Shown piece by piece: positions 17,884 to 26,954 of a stretch of DNA of 43,734 nt. Origin of the DNA: Blastocatellia bacterium (lineage in GTDB: Bacteria > Acidobacteriota > Blastocatellia > UBA7656); the NCBI GenBank assembly GCA_023265195.1, contig JAHFUG010000008.1, positions 1 through 43,734 on the forward strand, written 5' to 3'. The position numbers were made by a program, and so were the translations under genes. Numbering within the stretch: the first letter of the stretch is position 1; every line of letters starts with the position of its first letter. Below the pieces are notes generated by a model that saw only the letters and a list, made by a program, of their open reading frames with translations, searched no databases and was not told the DNA's origin.

Positions 17884-19359
17884 ATGCAGGTCGCCTCTCA
17901 GCCTTGGACTGGGCTGGCCGGTTTTCTTGACGCCCTCCTGGAAATCGCATTGCAGGAGACCGCTTCGGATACAGGCTGGGTCGTTGTAGATGCGCGGTCG
18001 GTTCAAGATGTTCCTGCCCTTTCGATCAAATCGATGGACGGAGGGCCGGTAGCCAGTGCATCGGATCTTCTGCGATACTGGCGGGCCGCGAAGAAGGCGG
18101 AAGCCGACAACGCGGCGCGTAACGACGGTCTCAAAAACGCGCCCCTCGGCGTTTCAACGGCGCCTCCACGCGCGATCGACGGCGGCTCATCTCTTTCCGC
18201 GCCGCTGCTGGAGGGAAAGAAGGTAGTCGGTCTGCTCCACGTCGAATCGCGGCGGCCGTCAAGATACCCTGAACAGAAACGAGACGAGATCGAGCGGCTG
18301 GCCGGCGCCGCGGTTCCCGCGTTGCATCGGGTGTTGCTGAAAGAGCAGATGCGGAAAGCGGGAGCGGACGTGGATCTTATCGGCGTCAGCCCCAAGTTTC
18401 TCGACCTTGAAAGACAGATCAGGCTCGTGGCCAGCTACGATTGGGGACCGGTGCTCATTACCGGAGAGCGTGGTAGCGGCAAGGAGCTGACGGCTTGGGC
18501 GTTGCATTGCTGGAGTTCTCGACACGGCTCCGCATTTGTGCCCGTGCTTCCGTCCGCCTTCGCCGAAGGGCTGGTTGCCGATGAGCTCTTCGGACATGAA
18601 CGACATGCCTTCACCGGAGCCGCTCAGGAGCGGCTCGGAAAATTCAAAGCCGCCGATGGAGGGACGATATTCTTTGACGAAGTAGCGGACATGCCCCATT
18701 CCGTCCAGTCGGGTCTGTTGCGCATCATCGAAAGAGGTGAGTTGCCTCGAATCGGCAGGGACGTCCAGACAAAGGTGAATGTCCGCATAGTGTCAGCCAC
18801 TAACTGCAATCTGCAGGAACTCATAGCTCAAGGCAAATTCCGGCAGGACCTCTATGACCGTTTGCGGGTCTTCGAGATTCACGTGCCCCCCTTGAGAGAA
18901 CGCCGCGACGATATTCCACTCCTGATCGACCACTTCATTCGCAAGCACTGCAAGACAATGCAACGCCATATCCGATCCGAAAACACCAGCCTTTGCTCCA
19001 CGTGCAGCGAGTTTACCTGTGTGAATTGCGTCGCCGCTCCCGTATATTCCGTCCTGTCCCAGCTTGACTGGCCGGGAAATGTGCGGGAACTCAAGAGCCT
19101 CGTCCTTCGATTGCTTGCCCACACGCCGGACGAGACTATCGAACCTCACCATCTTCCCGCAGAGATTCACGCGCAAAGGCAAAAACCGGGCGGCGCCAAC
19201 ACGGATTTGACACTCGACGGCGCGATTCGATCGCACATCGAGCGTGTGTTGGAGGCGGCCAACCACAATCAAAGCGAGGCCGCTCGACTACTAGGCACTC
19301 CGCTCTCCACGCTCAGAAGCAAGATGAAGAAGCTTGGACTCAAGGTGCGAGAGGCTTGA
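17884..19359 (+). CDS. sigma-54-dependent Fis-family transcriptional activator (GAF sensor, AAA+ domain, HTH_8)
   Basis: GERGSGKE (Walker A), ELFGHERHAFTGA (GAFTGA-loop variant), GGTIFFDEVADM (Walker B), WPGNVREL and C-terminal NQSEAARLLGTPLSTLRSKMKKLGL. The ORF track allows GTG 17782; ATG 17884 starts directly at the GAF-like region. The start is uncertain. Confidence 0.9.
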   Translation: MQVASQPWTGLAGFLDALLEIALQETASDTGWVVVDARSVQDVPALSIKSMDGGPVASASDLLRYWRAAKKAEADNAARNDGLKNAPLGVSTAPPRAIDGGSSLSAPLLEGKKVVGLLHVESRRPSRYPEQKRDEIERLAGAAVPALHRVLLKEQMRKAGADVDLIGVSPKFLDLERQIRLVASYDWGPVLITGERGSGKELTAWALHCWSSRHGSAFVPVLPSAFAEGLVADELFGHERHAFTGAAQERLGKFKAADGGTIFFDEVADMPHSVQSGLLRIIERGELPRIGRDVQTKVNVRIVSATNCNLQELIAQGKFRQDLYDRLRVFEIHVPPLRERRDDIPLLIDHFIRKHCKTMQRHIRSENTSLCSTCSEFTCVNCVAAPVYSVLSQLDWPGNVRELKSLVLRLLAHTPDETIEPHHLPAEIHAQRQKPGGANTDLTLDGAIRSHIERVLEAANHNQSEAARLLGTPLSTLRSKMKKLGLKVREA

Positions 19360-19588
19360 CCCCAGACGTCCATCTCATCCGCACAACTTTTCGTTTCTCA
19401 TAGCGATCCGTCGCAACCGTATGAACTCGTGCAATACAAGGAGATCGAGTATATATAGCTTACTGACGAGCGAGTGGCTTGCGACAGAGCGCTAGTCTCT
19501 CCCGAAATACCGATTCCGGCCTTCAGGCCCAGTCCACGTAATCCCCTCATTTGCCCAATGAGTTAGCGATCTCGACTAAAGCGGCGCT

Positions 19589-19605
19589 CCGGCGCGGGGA
19601 TTGCT
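19589..19605 (+). promoter_or_regulatory. candidate sigma-54 (-24/-12) promoter
   Basis: cCGGCGCGgggaTTGCT compared with the consensus YTGGCACGrNNNTTGCW. GG (19591-19592) and GC (19603-19604) have the canonical spacing, with two mismatches elsewhere. It lies 230 bp after the EBP stop and 65 nt before ABC-gene ATG 19670. Confidence 0.55.
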
Positions 19606-19669
19606 CTCCCTTCAAGCCGCACTCTCTTGAAGCAGGTTGGGAAAGGAAGCCGACCATCTGATCGGCTCC

Positions 19670-21520
19670 ATGGCTCTGAAGCCGGTCGAGGACACTTGCG
19701 TGGAAAAACAAGAGGTTTCTCTCCTGAACGTCTTCGGTCTGTTCGCTAGGTTCAGCGCGGACTTTCTCAGACCCCGCACTCAATCCTGCGTATGGGCGTC
19801 GGTTCTAATCTGTCTAAACACCGGGCTTCAACTGCCTCTGCCTCTGCTGGCCGCGCGATTCGTGGACAGCGTCGTTGGCGCGCGTGCCGGCGCTTCGGCC
19901 CTTTATTACGCGATCGCACTCATTTCAGTCACGGTGGTGGAATACGGTGTTTTGCTGGCCAACCAGCGGATTAATCTGGGATTGCGCGAGGAAGTTCTCT
20001 TAAACGTACAGGCCCGGCTGGCGCGGCATGTCTACAGGTTGCCGATCTCATACTTTCACGACAAGCAGTCATCGTACATTCAATCGCGGATCATGACGGA
20101 CGGCAGGTCGGTTGAGGGTTTCCTGCCGCAGCGCGTGCTCCCTCTCCTTCTCGACTTGCTTCTGTACGCCGCCGTGCTCGGCTGCATCTTCGCAATAAGT
20201 CCGATGATGGGTGGCATGGTTTTGGCCGGCACGGCGTCATTCGGATCCGTTTTCTATTTGACCAGTCACAGAGTCCGCCGTTTGAGAACGAAGCTTCAGG
20301 AAGCGGCGTCGCGTTCGTCGGCGATCGTCGCCGATGGCTTCGCGGGAATCCGCACGGTGAAGATGTACGGCTGCGAATCGCTCTTCAGCAGCAGGGTGGA
20401 GAGCCAACTCTCTCACCTTCGGGATACGCAGTTTCTAGCCAGCATGACCGAAGCCGGCTACACCGGGGCGGCGACTTTCGTTTCCGCCCTCACCGGAGCC
20501 TCGGTCATCACCTACGGAGCATACGCCATTATGCGGAACAGCATGACGGTTGGCCAGTTGTTCGGCGTCATAATGTTTCTGGGTCTGCTCTATCGTCCCA
20601 TCACTACGTTTGTCGCCGAGTACCTCCTGGTGCAGCAGGCGGCGGCGGGCGCGCAGAGGATATACGAACTCCTTGGCCTGCCGACCGAGACGGAAATCCG
20701 AGCGCGGAAGCTTGGCGGCGATGCTCGAAGCGGCGGTAACAGCATCGGATCGAGCCTTTCTTTCGAGGGCGTCAGTTTCAGCTACACCGGGGACTGTCCT
20801 GTCCTCGTGGATATCGACCTCAACATTCAACCCGGAGAGTGCTTCGCCCTCGTGGGCAAGAGCGGGGCCGGCAAGACAACGATGATCAATCTCGTACTCG
20901 GCCTGTACGAAGGCTATGAGGGCGGCATATTCCTTGACGGCGCCGAGATCGGAACGACGCCGTTGCCCGAGCTTAGGCGCCGCATCGGCGTCGTAGACCA
21001 GACGGCATTTCTCTTTACCGGAACTATTCTCGACAACATCCGCATCGCGGAGCCGGATGCGAGCTTTGAAGAAGTCGTAGCGGCGGCGAAGGCGGCGTTC
21101 GCGCACGACTTCGTAAACCGGCTGACCGACGGCTACAACACGCGGATTGGCGAGCGAGGCGCGGGATTGTCCGCGGGTCAGTGCCAGCGGATAGCGCTGG
21201 CGAGGCTCTTTTTGAAGAACCCTGGAATCGTCATCCTCGACGAAGCGATTTCGTCGGTTGATTCGGAATCGGAAGGCGTCATCCACGCCGCCCTTGCCTC
21301 GCTGATCAAGGGAAGGACGAGCATCATCGTCGCGCATCGGTTGTCGTCGCTGATGCTGGCGAATCGGGTCGCGGTGCTGCAAGCGGGGCGAATCGTCGAA
21401 CAGGGAACGCATGGCGAGCTGTTGCTCCATGGCAGCGCATACAAACGGCTCTTCCGGGAGCAATTCGCTCCGTTGCGCGAGCCGTCTGGAACCGACCGAG
21501 CGGCCCCTGTGTTTATGTAG
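19670..21520 (+). CDS. ABC exporter, fused permease/ATPase (MsbA-like half transporter) with no C39 peptidase domain
   Basis: N-terminal six-helix TMD. Walker A GKSGAGKTT, signature LSAGQCQR, Walker B IVILDEA and H-loop IIVAHR. The ORF-track TTG at 19637 is an alternative start. Confidence 0.9.
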   Translation: MALKPVEDTCVEKQEVSLLNVFGLFARFSADFLRPRTQSCVWASVLICLNTGLQLPLPLLAARFVDSVVGARAGASALYYAIALISVTVVEYGVLLANQRINLGLREEVLLNVQARLARHVYRLPISYFHDKQSSYIQSRIMTDGRSVEGFLPQRVLPLLLDLLLYAAVLGCIFAISPMMGGMVLAGTASFGSVFYLTSHRVRRLRTKLQEAASRSSAIVADGFAGIRTVKMYGCESLFSSRVESQLSHLRDTQFLASMTEAGYTGAATFVSALTGASVITYGAYAIMRNSMTVGQLFGVIMFLGLLYRPITTFVAEYLLVQQAAAGAQRIYELLGLPTETEIRARKLGGDARSGGNSIGSSLSFEGVSFSYTGDCPVLVDIDLNIQPGECFALVGKSGAGKTTMINLVLGLYEGYEGGIFLDGAEIGTTPLPELRRRIGVVDQTAFLFTGTILDNIRIAEPDASFEEVVAAAKAAFAHDFVNRLTDGYNTRIGERGAGLSAGQCQRIALARLFLKNPGIVILDEAISSVDSESEGVIHAALASLIKGRTSIIVAHRLSSLMLANRVAVLQAGRIVEQGTHGELLLHGSAYKRLFREQFAPLREPSGTDRAAPVFM

Positions 21521-21546
21521 CCGCGGGGCATTCGCTAGGAGTTGAT

Positions 21547-23460
21547 ATGACTACAACAGTATCGAAAGAACGGCCGGACTCAACGATCCTCGACGGGACT
21601 TCGAATCGAGCGGGGCCGGTCAGAATCGCCCTGATCAACATGCCGTTTGCCGCCGCCAGGCGTCCGTCGATCCAGTGCGGACTGCTCAAGGCGATTTTGA
21701 ATCGAGCCGGGCATCAGACCGACGTCTTTTACTTCAACCTTCGGCTGGCCGCCGCTCTCGGCCACGAACTCTATTCCAAACTCGCCGACAATCAGTGGCT
21801 CAGCTTTTTGGGGGATTGGCTGTTCGGCGCGGCCGCGTTCGGCCCCCGCCAAGACGAGCTTCTCTATCTTCAGACCTCGGGCGCCGCCGGTCACCAGGCT
21901 CACGTTGGTTTGAACGAAGCCGAGTTGATCGAGCTCCGCAATCGGACCTTGCCGGCTCTGCTGGACGTGTGGATTGGCGAAACCGACTGGAGCGTCTACA
22001 CCGCCGCCGGCTTTTCGTGCACCTTCGATCAGAATGCCGCCTCGTTTGCGTTCGCCCGTCTGTTGAAGGAGCGCTTTCCCGGCCTTATCACCGTCTTTGG
22101 CGGGGCCAACTTCGATGACGACAGCGCCCCGGAGTACCTCCGCAAGCTCGATTGGATCGACTACATCGTGGTCGGCGAGGGGGATCAAGCCCTCCCCACC
22201 CTCGTCCAACGCCTTCAAGAAGGTCTATCCGGCGCTGGCGTCGCGGGTGTCGTCGCCCGCTCGAACGGACACGTCTGTTGTACGCCTGCCAAAATCGTTC
22301 CCGATTTGGATTCTCTCCCCGATCCCGACTATGACGACTACTTCGCGGCCTTGAACTCCCTCGGACAGCGCTCCGTGCTCGGCGCGGCGTCCCCTCAACT
22401 TCCCTTCCAGGGCGCTCGCGGATGTTGGTGGGGCCAAAAACACCACTGCACCTTTTGTGGCTTGAATGGGAGCGACATCGCGTTTCGCTCGAGAAACCCT
22501 CGCTTGGTCTACGACGAGCTACGGCGCCAATCGGCTCGCTACCGCACCCTTAAGTTCATCGCTACCGACAACATCCTCGACATGAAGTACATCGACACCC
22601 TCTTTACGTGGATGCGCGACAGCCGGCATGACTACAACCTCTTTTATGAAACAAAGGCCAACCTCACCCGCGCCCAGATCCGCACGCTGGTCCAGGGAGG
22701 CGCCAAAGCGATTCAAGCCGGCGTCGAAAGCCTGAACACCCATGTCCTGCGCCTGATGAACAAAGGGACGACTATGTTGCTCAACTTACGTCTCCTCAAG
22801 TGGGCTCGCTACTACGGCCTCCACGTCGCCTGGAACCTCCTCACCGGCTTCCCGGGTGAAACCCTTGACGACTATCAAGCGCAGGCGAGGCTGATACCGC
22901 TGATCGCTCACCTCGAGCCCCCCGGGATCGCCGACAGCATCATGCTCGAGAAGCATGGGCCTTACGTGATTAGCCGCGATCCTTTCTACCGGAACCTTCG
23001 TCCGGCAAGCGGATACTCGTTCATCTTTCAAGAGAGTATCGATCTCGACAAGATCGCGAAGTACTTTGACGCTGAACGGATGGCGGGCGACTGGCGCCCC
23101 GCCGCCTTCGAAGAGCTGAACAGGGGGGTCGATCGGTGGAACGATTTGTGGCGCGGCGACAAGCGGCCAGCCCTGGTCTGCCAACGATCCGCGGATTGGA
23201 TGCGCATCGAGGATCGCCGCGATCCGGGCGAGCCCAGGACACACTGGCTCACGGCCCCATTCGCGTCGGCTTATGGCGCGTGTTTGGAAACAGCCCAAAA
23301 CGCGGCCGGTGTCGTGCAACGTAGCCGGGAATCCGGCGAAGGCTATAGCTCGGAAAGTGATGCGCGCGGAATGCTCGGCGAAATGACTGAAAAGGGTTTG
23401 ATGGTTGAAGAGAACGGCAATTACCTGAGCCTCGCTATCCCGGTCAATCCGGGCTGGTGA
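21547..23460 (+). CDS. B12-binding-domain radical SAM protein, RiPP-maturase-like (copy A)
   Basis: N-terminal Rossmann-like IALINMPFAA..PSIQCGLLKAILNRAGHQTDVFYFNL. Cluster motif GCWWGQKHHCTFCGLNG (C-x7-C-x2-C, 22423-22458). AGGAG RBS before ATG 21547. I recall this pattern from the TIGR03975-type bacteriocin/RiPP maturation radical SAM family; this was not verified. Confidence 0.88.
   Translation: MTTTVSKERPDSTILDGTSNRAGPVRIALINMPFAAARRPSIQCGLLKAILNRAGHQTDVFYFNLRLAAALGHELYSKLADNQWLSFLGDWLFGAAAFGPRQDELLYLQTSGAAGHQAHVGLNEAELIELRNRTLPALLDVWIGETDWSVYTAAGFSCTFDQNAASFAFARLLKERFPGLITVFGGANFDDDSAPEYLRKLDWIDYIVVGEGDQALPTLVQRLQEGLSGAGVAGVVARSNGHVCCTPAKIVPDLDSLPDPDYDDYFAALNSLGQRSVLGAASPQLPFQGARGCWWGQKHHCTFCGLNGSDIAFRSRNPRLVYDELRRQSARYRTLKFIATDNILDMKYIDTLFTWMRDSRHDYNLFYETKANLTRAQIRTLVQGGAKAIQAGVESLNTHVLRLMNKGTTMLLNLRLLKWARYYGLHVAWNLLTGFPGETLDDYQAQARLIPLIAHLEPPGIADSIMLEKHGPYVISRDPFYRNLRPASGYSFIFQESIDLDKIAKYFDAERMAGDWRPAAFEELNRGVDRWNDLWRGDKRPALVCQRSADWMRIEDRRDPGEPRTHWLTAPFASAYGACLETAQNAAGVVQRSRESGEGYSSESDARGMLGEMTEKGLMVEENGNYLSLAIPVNPGW
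21664..22884 (+). repeat. 1,221-bp direct repeat, copy 1 (nucleotide-identical to 24924-26144)
   Basis: Line-by-line comparison at an offset of 3,260 bp found no mismatch. Identity decays abruptly at both ends. Antisense ORFs in the ORF track are also duplicated exactly. Confidence 0.95.
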
Positions 23461-23505
23461 GTATCAGGGCAAGCTGTTCCAACTCCGTCCTGGGAGGTGC
23501 GCCGT

Positions 23506-24780
23506 ATGTCCTCGAGTCTGCGTGATCTGATCCAAATCTCCACGCGAGAAGCTCCCGCCGCTTCTACCGTAGATATGCCGGAATTCGCCGCTGACGAAAA
23601 AGCGGCTCTTGAAGAACTGCTGGCGGCGCCGTATCCGGAGCCGGGCTTGCCGCCAAGCGTGGCGTTTATCATCCGGACTACGCGCCTGTGCAATCTGCGT
23701 TGTTCCTACTGCTATGTGTGTCCGGACGAATCGGCTCAGACGATGTCGTTTCCCCTGGTGGTGAGGACCATCCGGGATGCGTTGAGGGACCGGCGTCTTC
23801 GCGATGTCACTTTTTACTGGTTTGGCGGCGAGCCCACATTGCTGCCGGTGACGTTTTACGAGAAGGCGCTGTGGCTTCAACGAGCACTGCGCCGGAACGG
23901 TCAGGTAATTCACAACGACCTCATCACCAATGGCACTCGAGTTACGGACGAATGGATCAGACTGTGGCGTGACCACGGTTTCCGGTTACGCGTCAGCCTG
24001 GATGGTCCGCCGGAATCCCACGATGCACACCGGAAATTCGCTGGTGGGAAGCCTACCTCCGAGCTGGTCGTTCGCGGCATTCGGGCTCTAGTCGCCGCGG
24101 GGCTGGGGCCCAGCGTCGACCTTGTCGTGACCCCCGCGGTTCGGCGGATTGGCGCGGCGCGGCTGCTGGAGTACGTGCTGGAACTGGGAGTTAAGGAATT
24201 GCGCGTAAGGTATATGTTGGCTTCGCCCGAGGACGGCCTCACACCGGACGGAGAACGGCCACTTCCGTTCTCCGAATATGTCGGCTATCTTCGCGACTTA
24301 TTCCGAATTTGGTGGCCAAGAGCAGCCGGCAAGCTGGCCATACAGGAACTAACCGATCTCGTGGAGACCCTCCGCTCCGGACCCACCGGTCTGTGCGTTC
24401 ATTCCGGCCAGTGCTTTGGAAGCGTGTACACGATTGAACCGGACGGCGGCGTTTTTACGTGCGATGACTTCTTCGGTTACGACTCGCACCGGTTCGGAAA
24501 CCTCTTTCAAATGACGCTTTCTGATTGCGTTCGCGGCTCCCATCTCCGTCAACTACGTCAGAGGCAACAAATCGAGAGCGCAGACTACGAAGAATGCCGT
24601 TGGTTTTCAGTTTGCCATGGCGGCTGTCCCCGTTGGCGGCTGTCACCGGCGGTCTCCGGCGCGTCGGACGGTCACTGCTGCGGTATGAAGCGCTTGATTT
24701 CAGATATCGCGTCCGCGCTCGGATTAGCCGGACCGGCCCGAAGACCGGTCCGGCAATGCAAGACACAGGAGACGACATGA
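23506..24780 (+). CDS. radical SAM / SPASM-domain peptide-modifying enzyme (anSME-like), copy 1
   Basis: CNLRCSYC (C-x3-C-x2-C, 23689-23712). C-terminal Cys-rich SPASM-like region CVHSGQC...FTCDD...ECRWFSVCHGGCP. GGGAGG lies 8 nt before ATG 23506. The stop overlaps the next gene's start (ATGA). Confidence 0.88.
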   Translation: MSSSLRDLIQISTREAPAASTVDMPEFAADEKAALEELLAAPYPEPGLPPSVAFIIRTTRLCNLRCSYCYVCPDESAQTMSFPLVVRTIRDALRDRRLRDVTFYWFGGEPTLLPVTFYEKALWLQRALRRNGQVIHNDLITNGTRVTDEWIRLWRDHGFRLRVSLDGPPESHDAHRKFAGGKPTSELVVRGIRALVAAGLGPSVDLVVTPAVRRIGAARLLEYVLELGVKELRVRYMLASPEDGLTPDGERPLPFSEYVGYLRDLFRIWWPRAAGKLAIQELTDLVETLRSGPTGLCVHSGQCFGSVYTIEPDGGVFTCDDFFGYDSHRFGNLFQMTLSDCVRGSHLRQLRQRQQIESADYEECRWFSVCHGGCPRWRLSPAVSGASDGHCCGMKRLISDIASALGLAGPARRPVRQCKTQETT

Positions 24781-26720
24781 CATCCATCGGACACCAACTG
24801 GTCGGGCTAGAAGGGCGGCTCACCGCTCCACCTGATCCTTGCGCCGTCACAGCTTCATTCGACGCAAAGGTCAGCCAGGCCCGATTGGCCTTGATAAACA
24901 TGCCGTTTGCCGCCACGACGCGCCCGTCGATCCAGTGCGGACTGCTCAAGGCGATTTTGAATCGAGCCGGGCATCAGACCGACGTCTTTTACTTCAACCT
25001 TCGGCTGGCCGCCGCTCTCGGCCACGAACTCTATTCCAAACTCGCCGACAATCAGTGGCTCAGCTTTTTGGGGGATTGGCTGTTCGGCGCGGCCGCGTTC
25101 GGCCCCCGCCAAGACGAGCTTCTCTATCTTCAGACCTCGGGCGCCGCCGGTCACCAGGCTCACGTTGGTTTGAACGAAGCCGAGTTGATCGAGCTCCGCA
25201 ATCGGACCTTGCCGGCTCTGCTGGACGTGTGGATTGGCGAAACCGACTGGAGCGTCTACACCGCCGCCGGCTTTTCGTGCACCTTCGATCAGAATGCCGC
25301 CTCGTTTGCGTTCGCCCGTCTGTTGAAGGAGCGCTTTCCCGGCCTTATCACCGTCTTTGGCGGGGCCAACTTCGATGACGACAGCGCCCCGGAGTACCTC
25401 CGCAAGCTCGATTGGATCGACTACATCGTGGTCGGCGAGGGGGATCAAGCCCTCCCCACCCTCGTCCAACGCCTTCAAGAAGGTCTATCCGGCGCTGGCG
25501 TCGCGGGTGTCGTCGCCCGCTCGAACGGACACGTCTGTTGTACGCCTGCCAAAATCGTTCCCGATTTGGATTCTCTCCCCGATCCCGACTATGACGACTA
25601 CTTCGCGGCCTTGAACTCCCTCGGACAGCGCTCCGTGCTCGGCGCGGCGTCCCCTCAACTTCCCTTCCAGGGCGCTCGCGGATGTTGGTGGGGCCAAAAA
25701 CACCACTGCACCTTTTGTGGCTTGAATGGGAGCGACATCGCGTTTCGCTCGAGAAACCCTCGCTTGGTCTACGACGAGCTACGGCGCCAATCGGCTCGCT
25801 ACCGCACCCTTAAGTTCATCGCTACCGACAACATCCTCGACATGAAGTACATCGACACCCTCTTTACGTGGATGCGCGACAGCCGGCATGACTACAACCT
25901 CTTTTATGAAACAAAGGCCAACCTCACCCGCGCCCAGATCCGCACGCTGGTCCAGGGAGGCGCCAAAGCGATTCAAGCCGGCGTCGAAAGCCTGAACACC
26001 CATGTCCTGCGCCTGATGAACAAAGGGACGACTATGTTGCTCAACTTACGTCTCCTCAAGTGGGCTCGCTACTACGGCCTCCACGTCGCCTGGAACCTCC
26101 TCACCGGCTTCCCGGGTGAAACCCTTGACGACTATCAAGCGCAGACCGCTCTAGTGCCGGCCATCACGCATCTCGTGCCGCCCAACAGCGTGGACGGAAT
26201 TCTCTTACAGAAACACAGCCCGTACGCGGAGGCTTCGAGTTATTGTGGCGGCGAGTTGCGCCCCGCCGCCGGATACGAGTTCGTTTATCCTCCACGCCTG
26301 GAGCTTGAAGAGATCGCATTTTACTACGATGGGGGCTCGCCGCTTACGGCCGAGAGCGACATCGCCCTCTATGATCTGAAGCAAGCCGTTGAAAAGTGGC
26401 GGAGCCTGTGGAAGGAGGGGACGCGCCCGGTTCTGGTCCATCAGCGGGCCGCGGACTGGATTCGGTTCGAGGACCGGCGTGATCCGGAACGTCCCAAGAC
26501 CACTTGGCTGTCTGCGCCTTATGCGCTGGCGTATGAATGCTGTTCCGACACCGCGCAGTCACCCGCGGCAACAGCCAGCCGGATGCGCGAAACCTCGGGC
26601 AGGCCGACTGGGGAAGATGAAGTCGCTCGGATGCTTCTCGAGATGAAGGATTCGGGCCTGATGGCGGAAGAGAATGGGCACTTTCTGAGCCTCGCTCTTC
26701 CAGCCAATGCAGGTTGGTAG
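24777..26720 (+). CDS. B12-binding-domain radical SAM protein, RiPP-maturase-like (copy B)
   Basis: The core is identical to copy A. The N-terminus (MTSIGHQLVGLEGR...) and the last ~190 aa are distinct. ATG 24777 overlaps the TGA of the SPASM gene. The ORF-track start at 24525 would overlap that gene by 250 nt. Confidence 0.88.
   Translation: MTSIGHQLVGLEGRLTAPPDPCAVTASFDAKVSQARLALINMPFAATTRPSIQCGLLKAILNRAGHQTDVFYFNLRLAAALGHELYSKLADNQWLSFLGDWLFGAAAFGPRQDELLYLQTSGAAGHQAHVGLNEAELIELRNRTLPALLDVWIGETDWSVYTAAGFSCTFDQNAASFAFARLLKERFPGLITVFGGANFDDDSAPEYLRKLDWIDYIVVGEGDQALPTLVQRLQEGLSGAGVAGVVARSNGHVCCTPAKIVPDLDSLPDPDYDDYFAALNSLGQRSVLGAASPQLPFQGARGCWWGQKHHCTFCGLNGSDIAFRSRNPRLVYDELRRQSARYRTLKFIATDNILDMKYIDTLFTWMRDSRHDYNLFYETKANLTRAQIRTLVQGGAKAIQAGVESLNTHVLRLMNKGTTMLLNLRLLKWARYYGLHVAWNLLTGFPGETLDDYQAQTALVPAITHLVPPNSVDGILLQKHSPYAEASSYCGGELRPAAGYEFVYPPRLELEEIAFYYDGGSPLTAESDIALYDLKQAVEKWRSLWKEGTRPVLVHQRAADWIRFEDRRDPERPKTTWLSAPYALAYECCSDTAQSPAATASRMRETSGRPTGEDEVARMLLEMKDSGLMAEENGHFLSLALPANAGW
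24924..26144 (+). repeat. 1,221-bp direct repeat, copy 2 (nucleotide-identical to 21664-22884)
   Basis: See copy 1. Confidence 0.95.
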
Positions 26721-26742
26721 CAGCCGCGGTTTCCCGCGGCTG
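26721..26742 (+). terminator. terminator-like hairpin immediately after rSAM copy B
   Basis: CAGCCGCGG-tttc-CCGCGGCTG, a perfect 9-bp GC-rich stem starting 1 nt after the stop. It is followed by tggtgatggctgtttgat, a weak U tract. Confidence 0.4.
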
Positions 26743-26954
26743 TGGTGATGGCTGTTTGATCAGCTCAAGGATTCCTCCATGGGAGGGCCGCCGCGCCTTG
26801 CGCCGTGTTGGCAGGAATGAAACGCAAAGTCGCAAACCGCCAAATCAAGACGCCGCGCAAGTAGTGTTGTGGCCCTTTCATTTCCTGGGTTCCCCTTTAA
26901 CGGGGACCTGAACAACAAGCAATTCACTAAACCTCTCTAAAAGGAGACACCGCA

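Noticed and set aside
24525-24776. An 84-aa N-terminal extension of the second B12-rSAM ORF, from the ORF-track start at 24525.
   Set aside because: It would overlap the SPASM gene by ~250 nt in another frame, and the extension is Arg-rich nonsense. ATG 24777 gives the classic ATGA stop/start coupling and an N-terminus comparable in length to copy A.
26817-26864. A 15-aa basic mini-ORF (MKRKVANRQIKTPRK) and a 13-aa ORF (MGGPPRLAPCWQE, 26779-26820) between rSAM B and the 49-aa ORF.
   Set aside because: Neither has a Shine-Dalgarno, and both are too short and featureless. The 49-aa ORF is the only one with a strong RBS.
26870-26885. A sigma-54-like element TGGCCCtttcaTTTCC upstream of the 49-aa ORF.
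   Set aside because: The -12 position reads TC instead of the near-invariant GC. The nearby TTGGCAGG..CGCA (26814-26833) has the wrong spacing. Neither is strong enough to call.
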